The notes: a model not told the origin generated them from the sequence alone. A stretch of 64,000 nucleotides of DNA from an uncultured Chloroflexia bacterium (GCA_963721445.1 CAVRIZ010000008.1:232913-296912); one strand, 5' to 3'. Counted from the first letter of the stretch, positions 1 to 9,019 are shown. Numbers and translations: made by a program.

Positions 1-917
1 CCTACTATGAATTACGGGATATGCTCTCTTACCACATGGGGTGGATGGATGATTTTGCTCAGGGTAAACGCATTCGCCCAATCTTGTTGCTTTTGATCAC
101 CCAGGCACTCGATATGGAATGGAAAAATACGATCCCGGCTGCCTCGGCAATCGAATTGATCCATAATTTCTCCTTGATTCATGATGACATCCAGGACCAC
201 AGTGAAATCAGGCATGGTCGCCCAACTTTGTGGAAAACCGTGGGTGTTGCGCAGGCGATCAATGCAGGGGATGCCCTGTTTACCATTGGCCTTAAGAAAG
301 TCTGGGACCTCCAAAAAGGGTTCAACCTTGATTTGGTGTCTCGCATTTCATTGATCCTGAATCAAACCTGTCTTCGACTTACCCAGGGACAATACTTGGA
401 TATCAGTTTTGAGGGCAGAAGTCAGATATCTGACCGAGACTACCTCGAGATGATCGCCGGAAAAACCACAGCCTTGCTCTCGACTTGCACTCAGATTGGC
501 GCAATGGTAGCCGGAACTTCATCTGGGGTGGTATTATCGGCCGTTGAATATGGGCGTAACCTGGGAATGGCTTTCCAGATCGTGGACGATTATCTCGGAA
601 TCTGGGGGGATCCAGGTGTGATCGGAAAATCCGCTGCCATTGACCTGGTGAACCGAAAAAAAACATACCCGGTTTTACTGGGATTAGCATCGGAGAATCG
701 CTTTTCCAAACGTTGGAATGCAGGTCCAATCTCGGAAGCAGAAGCACCAATTGTCGCAAAACTGCTGGAAGAAACTGGCTCGAAATCTGTGACCATCCAG
801 AAAGCAGATGAGTACACCCAAAAAGCGCTTGCAAATTTATCAGACCTCAGCTCAAATGCCAGATCACGACAAGTATTGGAAGATCTCACTATCTGGCTGT
901 TGAAACGGGATCTATAA
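1..917 (+). CDS. Polyprenyl diphosphate synthase (trans-isoprenyl diphosphate synthase family); 5' end lies outside the window
   Basis: Frame is open from base 3 (YYELRDMLSYHMGW...), so the ATG at 21 is internal. Both Asp-rich motifs are present (FSLIHDDIQD, FQIVDDYLG). Confidence 0.85.
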   Translation, partial: YYELRDMLSYHMGWMDDFAQGKRIRPILLLLITQALDMEWKNTIPAASAIELIHNFSLIHDDIQDHSEIRHGRPTLWKTVGVAQAINAGDALFTIGLKKVWDLQKGFNLDLVSRISLILNQTCLRLTQGQYLDISFEGRSQISDRDYLEMIAGKTTALLSTCTQIGAMVAGTSSGVVLSAVEYGRNLGMAFQIVDDYLGIWGDPGVIGKSAAIDLVNRKKTYPVLLGLASENRFSKRWNAGPISEAEAPIVAKLLEETGSKSVTIQKADEYTQKALANLSDLSSNARSRQVLEDLTIWLLKRDL

Positions 918-933
918 GAAAGGGTAGCGCTCC

Positions 934-962
934 TTGACAAGGATTCTGGCAATCCTTATAAT
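934..962 (+). promoter_or_regulatory. Consensus sigma-70-type promoter driving tRNA-Gly
   Basis: TTGACA (934-939), 17-nt spacer, TATAAT (957-962). The tRNA 5' end is 13 nt downstream. Confidence 0.6.
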
Positions 963-975
963 GCTTCTACGTCAG

Positions 976-1047
976 GCGGGTGTCGCCAAGTGGTAAGGCA
1001 GTACCTTCCCAAGGTACCATTCGTGAGTTCGAATCTCATCACCCGCT
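976..1047 (+). tRNA. tRNA-Gly (anticodon CCC)
   Basis: Hand-folded cloverleaf: acceptor GCGGGTG/CACCCGC, anticodon stem GTACC/GGTAC with loop TTCCCAA, variable loop CATTC, T arm GTGAG-TTCGAAT-CTCAT, discriminator T. CCA is not encoded. Confidence 0.9.
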
Positions 1048-1067
1048 CTTCCCAATCTCTTAACCGA

Positions 1068-1193
1068 CATTCGTGATCCCCCCGATGGGGGCAATGTTCG
1101 AATCTCATCACCCGCTCTTTCCAGCAAGGAATCAAGTAAGATCCTACATTCGTGAGCCCCCGGAAGGGGACGGTGTTCAAATCTCATCACCCG
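1068..1193 (+). repeat. Two degenerate direct copies (1068-1119, 1147-1193) of the 3' third of the tRNA-Gly gene, each split by a G/C hairpin
   Basis: CATTCGTGA...GTTCGAATCTCATCACCCGCTCTT recurs. The inserts carry CCCCCCGATGGGGG and CCCCCGGAAGGGG. No matching 5' acceptor strand exists. The minus-strand ORFs 956..1180 and 972..1190 merely translate the repeats. Confidence 0.8.
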
Positions 1194-1313
1194 TAGTAAC
1201 TATCAAACTCCGATCAGGTTTACGATTCAATCATTCTGCATGGAACATATTTCCTTGCTTGAATCAGGTAGAATATTAATTAGAATTCTATTCATGATAG
1301 GAGGGTTTCTAAC

Positions 1314-1976
1314 ATGTTGGTTGAAGAAAGAATGTCTCGACCAGTTCTAACGATCACAAAAGATGTCCCGGTCCAGGATGCGCTGGCAATGATGCGGAAA
1401 GACCACGTCCGCCGTTACCCGGTAGTGGACGGGCAGGGCAACCTGATTGGCATCGTGACCGACACCGATCTACTCAATGCGTCACCATCAGACGCTACTA
1501 CACTGAGCGTCTGGGAGATCAATTACCTGCTGACAAAAATCACTGTCGAGCGGGTCATGACAAAAAAAGTGGTCAGTGTTGCCGAAGATTCCACGATCGA
1601 AGAGGCTGCCAGTCTGATGGCAAACTCTAAAGTAGGAGGGTTACCCGTCCTACGAGACAACAAATTAGTGGGTATCATCACCGAAACTGATCTATTCCGT
1701 ATCTTCCTCGAAATGCTCGGCGCTCGCTGCGCCGGAGTCCGCATCACCGTGGAAGTGGACGATGTTGCCGGGAAGATTCACGATATTACCGGTGTGATCA
1801 GTCAATTAGGCGGGAATATCCACGGATTGGGCGCCATCCAGGGTAGTTCCACCGGGAAAACTGACCTCACTTTGAAGGTCAGCGGTGTGGATCAGGCCGT
1901 GTTGGAGAAAGCGTTACTTCCAGCTGTCGACAAAATCCTGAACATCCGGATGGAAAAAGGAACCGGCTGCCAGTAA
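1314..1976 (+). CDS. CBS-pair protein with C-terminal ACT-like domain (AcuB-like)
   Basis: GGAGGG lies 9 nt upstream of the ATG. Two CBS repeats (RRYPVVDGQGNLIGIVTDTDLL; GGLPVLRDNKLVGIITETDLF) are followed by an ACT-like RITVEVDDVAGKIHDITGVISQLGGNI. Confidence 0.85.
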   Translation: MLVEERMSRPVLTITKDVPVQDALAMMRKDHVRRYPVVDGQGNLIGIVTDTDLLNASPSDATTLSVWEINYLLTKITVERVMTKKVVSVAEDSTIEEAASLMANSKVGGLPVLRDNKLVGIITETDLFRIFLEMLGARCAGVRITVEVDDVAGKIHDITGVISQLGGNIHGLGAIQGSSTGKTDLTLKVSGVDQAVLEKALLPAVDKILNIRMEKGTGCQ

Positions 1977-2070
1977 ATCTATATTATTCAATCCCACAAT
2001 TATTATCACCCGGCTTCCTGGTCGGGTGATTTTTGTTGACATTTCGTCTACCTCCATCTACACTAGACCC

Positions 2071-3591
2071 ATGTTAGCCAGGGTCTTTTCATGCGCAGTG
2101 ATTGGTTTGGAGGGGGTCATCGTCGAAGTTGAGGTTGACACGAGTGGTGGTCAACCTGCCGTTGTGATCGTTGGATTACCAGACGCAGCCGTTCAGGAAA
2201 GCCGGGAACGGGTCCATTCCGCTATCAAAAATGCCGGGTATCCCTTTCCCCGCCGGCGTGTCACCGTTAACCTGGCGCCCGCCTCCGTCCGAAAGGAAGG
2301 ACCAGCTTACGATTTACCCATTGCGCTCGGGATTCTCGTCGCGAGTGAGTTGATCGATCAGGAATCGCTGAATGGCACGCTGGTTCTCGGCGAGCTTTCA
2401 CTCGATGGAACGGTTCGGCATGTTCGCGGTATACTCCCCATGACAGCTGTTGCCCGTCGTGAAGGATACAAACGGGTGATCGTTCCCGCAGAAGACGCTC
2501 CGGAAGCAGCATTGATACCCGACATTGAGGTTATTCCTGTTCACGACCTCCGTGAATTGACCCTCCATTTAAATGATGCACAGCCGATTGCTCCTCTCCC
2601 TCCCCTTGATCCGGATGAGGTAGAGATCATCGTTCAGACGGATTTTCGCGAGATCAAAGGGCAGGAGCATGTCAAACGGGCGATGGAAGTCGCGGCCGCC
2701 GGGGGTCACAATATGCTTATGGTCGGTCCTCCCGGAGTGGGTAAGACACTTCTCGCCCGCGCGATGCCGGCCATCCTACCAAAAATGACCATTGAAGAAG
2801 CCCTGGATGTGACCCAGATCTATTCCATCGCAGACCAGCTTCCGCCGGGGATCCCGTTGATCCGAAACCGTCCTTTCCGGTCCCCGCACCACACCATCTC
2901 GCATGCAGGGTTGGTGGGTGGTGGGAACATCCCACACCCGGGAGAAATTTCCCTTGCCCATAGAGGTGTGCTTTTCCTGGATGAGCTGCCCGAATTCGGA
3001 TCGCGTGTCTTGGAAGTGCTGCGGCAACCGATTGAAGATAAAGTGGTCACGATCAGCCGCGCCCAGGGGACGCTTACCTTTCCGGCGAACTTTCAACTTA
3101 TCACCGCGATGAATCCCTGCCCGTGTGGGTATTTTGGCGATCCGGTCAAACCGTGCACCTGCGCCAGTTCCACCGTAACCAAGTATCAAAAGCGAATTTC
3201 CGGTCCGCTTCTGGATCGGATCGATATTCACATCAATGTGCCCCGGATCGAATTTGAAAAGATGAATGATAACCGGGTCGGTAAATCTTCTGCAGACATC
3301 CAAGCCCGGGTGGAGCAGGCGCGCCAGGTCCAGCGACAGCGATTCACCGGAACAACTATCGCCTCCAATAGTGAGATGCGTCCTGCCGAGATCCGCAAGT
3401 ATTGTGAACTGGACGAAACCAGCCGCAACCTGATGAAAGCCGCCACCAATCAAATGCAATTATCCGCCCGTTCCTATCATCGTATATTGAAACTTGCTCG
3501 AACGATCTCAGACCTGGCGAGTTCGATAGTGATCACACCTGTCCACCTTGCAGAAGCCATTCAATATCGCCCAAGGATGAGTGATGCCTGA
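2071..3591 (+). CDS. comM: Mg-chelatase-like AAA+ ATPase, YifB/ComM family
   Basis: Typical N-terminus MLARVFSCAVIGLEG at ATG 2071 (the track start at 2026 is a GTG extension). Walker A is MVGPPGVGKTLLA. The C-terminal region SARSYHRILKLARTIADL-like is present. Confidence 0.9.
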   Translation: MLARVFSCAVIGLEGVIVEVEVDTSGGQPAVVIVGLPDAAVQESRERVHSAIKNAGYPFPRRRVTVNLAPASVRKEGPAYDLPIALGILVASELIDQESLNGTLVLGELSLDGTVRHVRGILPMTAVARREGYKRVIVPAEDAPEAALIPDIEVIPVHDLRELTLHLNDAQPIAPLPPLDPDEVEIIVQTDFREIKGQEHVKRAMEVAAAGGHNMLMVGPPGVGKTLLARAMPAILPKMTIEEALDVTQIYSIADQLPPGIPLIRNRPFRSPHHTISHAGLVGGGNIPHPGEISLAHRGVLFLDELPEFGSRVLEVLRQPIEDKVVTISRAQGTLTFPANFQLITAMNPCPCGYFGDPVKPCTCASSTVTKYQKRISGPLLDRIDIHINVPRIEFEKMNDNRVGKSSADIQARVEQARQVQRQRFTGTTIASNSEMRPAEIRKYCELDETSRNLMKAATNQMQLSARSYHRILKLARTISDLASSIVITPVHLAEAIQYRPRMSDA

Positions 3592-3641
3592 TCGGTTAAT
3601 AAACCTCTTTGATTATTCGAGTAGCCGGTAGTATTTTGTAG

Positions 3642-4559
3642 ATGAATGATTCCATTCAACTCGTATGTCTGGGCCGATCAACGGTCGATCTCCTCAACCT
3701 GGTGGATCATTTCCCAACTGGGGATGATTTGATCCGGGTAAAAGACAGCAGCATTCAAGGTGGTGGACCTGTCGCCACGGCGGCTGCTGCCGCATCCCGT
3801 TTGGGATTACGCTGTGCCATTTTGGACTGTATCGGGGACGACTGGCGGGCGAAGATCATTCGCGAGGAATTTGTAAAACAAAACGTTTGTACAGATTATC
3901 TGCAAACAGAACCAGGGTGCATATCAACTCAATCGGTCCTGCTCGTAGAATCCAATTCAGGTAAACGGGCGATCATCAACGCCAGAGGGAACACTCCTCC
4001 CCCCAAGATCACACCCGAAGTGATCACCCTGCTTGAGTCCTGTGCTATCCTCCACGTCACGGGCACCTATCCCGAAATTGTCCGCAAAGCGATCTCGATT
4101 GTCCATCAAGCTGGTGGAAAAGTAAGCTTTGATGGAGGAGCGGGGTTATTTCGAGAGGAAGACCGGGAAATCATCAAAGAAGTGGATTGGTGCATCTGCG
4201 CGGAAGAATACGCAAATCGATTTACCGGTTCAAATGACCTAAAATCAATGTTTACCTCCATCGCAGAAATGGGACCTGAAATTGTGGGCATCACTTCAGG
4301 AGCAGCCGGAAGTGATTGGCGGCAGAGTGATGGCCAAATCTTCCACCAAAAGGCATTTCCTGTTAGTAAAGTAATAGACACAACCGGGTGTGGAGACAGC
4401 TTTCACGGCGGGTTTATTTATGGCATGCTTAATGGATGCACAGTACAGGAAGCGGCCGAACTTGCTTCGGCTGTCGCAGCAATCAACGCCCAGACCCTTG
4501 GCGGACGGGCAGGTTTGCCGGGCATTAAAATGGTGCGTCAATTTATTCAATCTTTATGA
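3642..4559 (+). CDS. PfkB-family carbohydrate kinase (ribokinase-like)
   Basis: PfkB signature DTTGCGDSFHGGF near the C-terminus; N-terminal GG dipeptide region (IQGGGPVATAA). Confidence 0.85.
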   Translation: MNDSIQLVCLGRSTVDLLNLVDHFPTGDDLIRVKDSSIQGGGPVATAAAAASRLGLRCAILDCIGDDWRAKIIREEFVKQNVCTDYLQTEPGCISTQSVLLVESNSGKRAIINARGNTPPPKITPEVITLLESCAILHVTGTYPEIVRKAISIVHQAGGKVSFDGGAGLFREEDREIIKEVDWCICAEEYANRFTGSNDLKSMFTSIAEMGPEIVGITSGAAGSDWRQSDGQIFHQKAFPVSKVIDTTGCGDSFHGGFIYGMLNGCTVQEAAELASAVAAINAQTLGGRAGLPGIKMVRQFIQSL

Positions 4560-4633
4560 AAACCAGTGTGATATTGGATATAATCGGTTATGACATGTTG
4601 TCATAACGATCCAGTTTCCGCGAGGAGAATCCT

Positions 4634-5139
4634 ATGGCTGAATTTTCCCGTTTTGAGATTTATATGATCTTAAATAGTACCGAAACCACTCTGGCTCGGA
4701 AAAGTTGATCTAAGTGAGGCGGATTTGAGGGGGGGAAATTTCCATGGTGCAGTCTTGACTGGCGCGGATATGCATAAATGCCATCTGCAGGGAACAGACT
4801 TTGTCGGGGCAAACCTTGGAGGAGCGAATCTGCAGGATGCAATCCTGGTTGGCGCAGATCTGCGAAGAGCGTATCTTACGCGGTGCCGATCTGCGACGGG
4901 CCGACCTTCGCGAGGTCAACCTGGCCGAGGCTGATCTGACCGACGCGAATTTATCCGAAACAAATTTACTGGACGCCAACATGGGCGCTGTAGATCTCAC
5001 CAATGCCAACCTGACCAATGCCAATCTGACAGGAACCAATGCCCCTGATCACCTTATCCTGAGGGCTAAATCGTTAATCGGCACCGTGATGCCCGACGGA
5101 TCTGTAAATGAGCAGGTTGCCGGCGGAAAAGAAAGCTGA
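4634..5139 (+). pseudogene. Pentapeptide-repeat protein, readable only across two +1 frameshifts (near 4700-4703 and 4882-4885)
   Basis: GAGGAG SD lies 6 nt before ATG 4634 (MAEFSRFEIYMILNSTETTLARK). A(D/N)Lxx pentads continue in frame 0 from 4701 (KVDLSEADLRGGNFHG...ADLRRAYLTR) and then in frame 1 (ADLRRADLREVNLAEADLTD...). The pentad register is exact if one base is removed at each site. Confidence 0.75.
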
Positions 5140-5256
5140 CAGGTCCTCAAAGATCATCCAATGCTGGTATCGTTCGATGCACATTATGGACGATACGATC
5201 ACGGACCATCTGATTCCATCCACATATTTTCCAACCCATCCCCCATGTTGTGATTG

Positions 5257-6087
5257 ATGAATGAATCAACTTTGGTAGAATCTAATCCTACGAAAAAACC
5301 ATCCAATGTGTTCCGGCTTCGCTGGACCACTTCCTCTTGGATTTTGATCAGTTCCTTTGTTTTTATCATCGCATTGATCCTGATAGTCTGGTGGCCGCTG
5401 GTTATGGATTACGCCTCGTACTTCCAGGCAGACATCCCCTGGTGGATCCAAACCGATTGGCTTTTAATCGCGATCTTCCTTTTTATGTCAGCCGCAATCA
5501 TGATCAACGCCGATATCCGGAAGGATTGGTTATTGATCGTTGTCGGATTGGCAGGCGGTTTCATCATCGAATCATGGGGAACCAATACAGAATTATGGGC
5601 TTATTACACAGGCGAACGTCCTCCGCTCTGGATCATCCCAGCCTGGCCGATTGCCGCGATCACAATCGAACGAATGACTCGTCTGGCATCATCCTTAATC
5701 GCCCGGATTTCAGCCGCCTGGATTCAGCGAATGTATTTTGGCACGTTGGCATTTTTCCTGATTCTTTTCTTCTTTTTCCTTCTGCCGCGTGAATTCAATC
5801 CCTTCAATATAATAGCGTTCCTCACCGTTATTGGGATCATATTCCTGCCGCAGGATCGATCACATAGTCTTATGACTTTCCTGATGGGATCCGCTCTTGG
5901 TTTTTTTCTCGAATACTGGGGGACATCCAGAGAATGTTGGCAATACTACAACCACGCCATACCGCCCCTTTTCTCAGTCCTTGCTCACGGTTTCGCTTCC
6001 ATCGTGTTTTGGCAGGCAAGAAAACTGGTGATCAGGATAGTCGACTTTGCCGGACATAGGTTTTCAGGAAAGTCTCTTGCAGGTTAA
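5257..6087 (+). CDS. Integral membrane protein of unknown function with two-fold internal repeat
   Basis: Multiple hydrophobic segments. Repeated motif ESWGTNTELWAYYTGERPPLW / EYWGTSRECWQYYNHAIPPLF. I do not recognise a family. Confidence 0.6.
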   Translation: MNESTLVESNPTKKPSNVFRLRWTTSSWILISSFVFIIALILIVWWPLVMDYASYFQADIPWWIQTDWLLIAIFLFMSAAIMINADIRKDWLLIVVGLAGGFIIESWGTNTELWAYYTGERPPLWIIPAWPIAAITIERMTRLASSLIARISAAWIQRMYFGTLAFFLILFFFFLLPREFNPFNIIAFLTVIGIIFLPQDRSHSLMTFLMGSALGFFLEYWGTSRECWQYYNHAIPPLFSVLAHGFASIVFWQARKLVIRIVDFAGHRFSGKSLAG

Positions 6088-6094
6088 TAAAAAG

Positions 6095-6127
6095 CGATGT
6101 TGGTCGAAATTACCCGGACCAACATCG
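6095..6127. terminator. Hairpin between convergent genes (candidate bidirectional terminator)
   Basis: CGATGTTGGTC / GACCAACATCG form an 11-bp stem with an 11-nt loop, followed by TGTTTGTG. Confidence 0.45.
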
Positions 6128-6182
6128 TGTTTGTGAAACCATCAACAATAAACTTTGTTACAACCAAGTGAGATTAATATAA

Positions 6183-6767
6183 TTAAAGCAGTTTACTGAT
6201 TTCAGCGCTCCAATTTTTTATATAATCCCAATCACGATAATCACCTGGCACACCTTGCACCACCACCATAACAAATGCTGCTTGCCACCAGTTAAGTTTG
6301 AACATTTCCAATTTACCGTTGAAAAAAGCCACATTCAGCGGATGGATCTCGGGCGCTGCTTTGAGCATCGGATTTAGATAATAACCTAAGGTTGTAAATC
6401 TCTCTTTTAAGCTCAATTTCCCGGGTGCCTTCGGGCCTGCTGCCAGAGAGGGATCCAGTGAAAGCGGGATAATAGGTAGATTTTCAGTTGGCACCTGGGT
6501 CAACCTCATTGCGCAGGCAAAGTAAACCACTTTCTTGGTAGACAAGACAATCTGGTTTCGAGCTACGAAACGCCTGGCAACATTATGCCAGCCAAAAATC
6601 ATTGGGGCGCCGACAACCACAACATCGTATACTTCCAGGCTGGTTACATCTGCTATCTTTTTAACATCAGCAGTATGACCATTTTGGGTAAAGACCTTCG
6701 AAATTTCATCCGCAACATCCGCTGTAGAGCCGGAATTCGTAGAATAGGTAACCAGTATATTGCTCAT
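6183..6767 (-). CDS. Flavodoxin-domain protein
   Basis: N-terminus MSNILVTYSTNSGSTADVADEI is a flavodoxin-type FMN phosphate loop. DVVVVGAPMIFG follows. Confidence 0.7.
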   Translation of the reverse strand: MSNILVTYSTNSGSTADVADEISKVFTQNGHTADVKKIADVTSLEVYDVVVVGAPMIFGWHNVARRFVARNQIVLSTKKVVYFACAMRLTQVPTENLPIIPLSLDPSLAAGPKAPGKLSLKERFTTLGYYLNPMLKAAPEIHPLNVAFFNGKLEMFKLNWWQAAFVMVVVQGVPGDYRDWDYIKNWSAEISKLL

Positions 6768-6868
6768 ATACTCACCCCGCCAAGAAATTCGATTTATCCA
6801 TAGAAATACTGAACATCCAGAGAGTTTTTTACCTCTCTATGCTCAGAAATGGTTAGAATATCGGAAAA

Positions 6869-7309
6869 CTAGTATTGACCGATCACTTTTGCAATAAATT
6901 TGTGGAAACCGTGAATTGATTTCACTTTACCGGCATACATAAGGATGCATTTGCCTTCGATCGGTGTGACACCCAATTCCCGGGCGACCTTGCCTGCTTC
7001 CACTGATTGGGCACCTTGCTGGAGCCAAATTTTATTGATGCCTGCAGCTACTGCATCTCTGATAACCTGGACCGATTTTTGGGGAGGTAAACAGATGATC
7101 ACCCCATCCACTTTGCCGGCCAGATCAGTAACACTGGAGAAGCATTTATCACCATTGATCTGATCCATTTCCGGATTGACACCGAACACTTCATAGCCGT
7201 AGGATTTCAGTTCGGCGTAAATGGCAGTGCCGAATTTTTTTTCATTTCGCGAAACGCCCACAACAGCCAGTCTTTTGGCTTGAACGAATTCCTCAATTTT
7301 TGGATCCAT
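6869..7309 (-). CDS. CoA-binding domain protein (YccU/YneT-like)
   Basis: Start chosen at MDPKIEEF (ATG 7309) with GAGGAAG upstream. Motifs: AVVGVSRNEKKFG, ICLPPQ, IWLQQGA. The upstream 74 codons of the track ORF look non-coding. Confidence 0.8.
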   Translation of the reverse strand: MDPKIEEFVQAKRLAVVGVSRNEKKFGTAIYAELKSYGYEVFGVNPEMDQINGDKCFSSVTDLAGKVDGVIICLPPQKSVQVIRDAVAAGINKIWLQQGAQSVEAGKVARELGVTPIEGKCILMYAGKVKSIHGFHKFIAKVIGQY

Positions 7310-7444
7310 TTTTCTTCCTCTATTCAATAATTGGTTTTGAATTGAAACAGTTCGGGAACACTCATTACATACGCTATTATAAATAGTTAGTTGCATTTTT
7401 ACACTAAATTTGGTAATTTCTTTTGCAAAATTCAGAGAATACTC

Positions 7445-7472
7445 TTGCCTATTGGGTTCATTTACGTATAAT
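7445..7472 (+). promoter_or_regulatory. Promoter of arsR-1; transcript predicted leaderless
   Basis: TTGCCT (7445-7450), 16-nt spacer, TATAAT (7467-7472). ATG 7479 begins 6 nt after the -10 element, and there is no SD. Confidence 0.55.
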
Positions 7473-7478
7473 ATATTC

Positions 7479-7871
7479 ATGCAGACGAATATATCCGCTC
7501 CTGATGTGTTTCGTGTCCTCGGACAACCCATCCGTATTCAAATCATTTTAATTATTGCTTCATACGATGCCTGTGTCTGCCACATGGAGGCAGTTTTGGG
7601 CGTACGGCAGGCTGGCATATCCCAACATCTGATGGTGCTCAAAGACGCGGGGTTAGTACTGACTCACCGGGAAGGCCGGAACATTTTTTATCGTCTCGCA
7701 AATCCTGACCTCTATACTTCTGTTATCCAGGTCGCTGTTGCAAGCGGAACCACCCAAGAAGCACTGGCATCCTACGCAAAACGCCCGGTGGAGGGCTGTC
7801 CATGCCCTACCTGTAATCCGGGTCTCGATCCGGAACTCACTTGCGGGAAGTTAAAAAAGAAATCATCCTAA
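7479..7871 (+). CDS. arsR: ArsR/SmtB-family metalloregulator with CVC site and C-terminal CPCPTC tail
   Basis: wHTH ([27 protein letters not shown]). As(III)-type CVC motif (DACVCHMEA). Tail [11 protein letters not shown]. Confidence 0.85.
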   Translation: MQTNISAPDVFRVLGQPIRIQIILIIASYDACVCHMEAVLGVRQAGISQHLMVLKDAGLVLTHREGRNIFYRLANPDLYTSVIQVAVASGTTQEALASYAKRPVEGCPCPTCNPGLDPELTCGKLKKKSS

Positions 7872-7888
7872 TCATCTGGAGATATGCT

Positions 7889-8977
7889 ATGGAAAAATCT
7901 GTCACCCAAAAATTGTCATTTCTCGATCGATTCCTCACCCTGTGGATCTTCCTCGCCATGGCTGTCGGCGTCGGGCTTGGTTATCTCTTCCCGAAAGCGG
8001 TGGAAGCATTCAACGCTTCTGTTTCTGTTGGTACAACCAATATTCCCATCGCCATCGGATTGATCCTGATGATGTACCCTCCTCTAGCCAAAGTCCACTA
8101 CGATGAACTGGGAAGAGTATTCCGCAATTGGAAAGTGCTGGGTTTATCACTGTTACAAAACTGGATCATCGGACCGATCTTAATGTTCGTTCTTGGCCAT
8201 CGTCTTTCTACGTGGGTATCCCGAATATATGGCTGGTCTGATCCTCATAGGTCTGGCGCGCTGCATCGCCATGGTGATCGTCTGGAACGAACTCGCCAAA
8301 GGCGACAATGAATACGCAGCCGGGTTGGTCGCCTTCAACAGCATCTTCCAGGTTCTTTTCTACAGTCTCTACGCATACATTTTTATCACCTTGTTGCCTA
8401 CCCTGTTCGGAATGAAAGGCGCAGTGGTTCAAATTACCATCGGAGAGATCGCCAAATCCGTATTCATTTATCTTGGGAATTCCTTTTCTTGCAGGATTTC
8501 ATCACCAATCTGGTGCTTACACGGATAAAGGGGAAAGAATGGTATTACAAAACTTTCATCCCCAAGATCGCACCGATCACACTGATCGCGCTACTTTTCA
8601 CCATCCTGGTCATGTTTAGCTTGAAAGGCAACCTGATAGTCACCATCCCGATGGATGTGGTACGCATCGCTATCCCATTATTGATCTATTTCGTAGCCAT
8701 GTTTCTGGTCAGTTTCCTGATGGGGAAAGCGGTCGGCGCCGATTACAAACAGACCACAACGTTAGCGTTTACTGCCGCCAGCAACAATTTCGAACTGGCA
8801 ATCGCGGTTGCTGTCGCCGTGTTTGGCTTGAATTCAGGACAAGCCTTCGCCGCCGTTATTGGTCCGCTGGTAGAAGTGCCTGTGATGATCGGATTGGTGA
8901 ATGTTGCTTTTTGGCTTCAGAAACGGCTATTTAAAGCCAATCTTGTCACCGGACCACAGAAACCAGATATTTGTTAG
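7889..8977 (+). pseudogene. acr3: ACR3-family arsenite efflux permease, interrupted by three +1 frameshifts (near 8193-8198, 8478-8479, 8497-8500)
   Basis: ACR3 sequence is continuous across the three track ORFs: [24 protein letters not shown]...GPILMFVL | [31 protein letters not shown]...FIYLG | (IPFLAGF in the third frame) | [16 protein letters not shown]...[11 protein letters not shown]. Confidence 0.85.
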
Positions 8978-8984
8978 CAAACTT

Positions 8985-9019
8985 CTAGTGGGCTGTCATG
9001 TGTAATGACAGCCCACTAG
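8985..9019 (+). terminator. Perfect 15-bp hairpin after acr3
   Basis: CTAGTGGGCTGTCAT gtgta ATGACAGCCCACTAG, followed by ATTTCTATGTG (only a weak T tract). Confidence 0.5.

Noticed and set aside
956-1190. Minus-strand ORFs 956..1180 and 972..1190 with internally repeated peptides (ERVMRFE..., RAGDEIRT...).
   Set aside because: They overlap the tRNA-Gly gene and simply translate its duplicated 3' segments. There is no start context or coding signal.
976-1313. Integrated prophage or genomic island at the tRNA-Gly gene, suggested by the duplicated tRNA 3' ends.
   Set aside because: No integrase, excisionase, phage or foreign genes lie between or beside the copies. The units are only about 80 nt apart and are followed by ordinary housekeeping genes.
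4725-5139. Track ORFs 4725..4934 and 4801..5139 treated as two separate overlapping pentapeptide genes.
   Set aside because: The pentad register runs continuously across the frame change, and a strong SD-ATG lies upstream at 4634. This is one gene with frame breaks.
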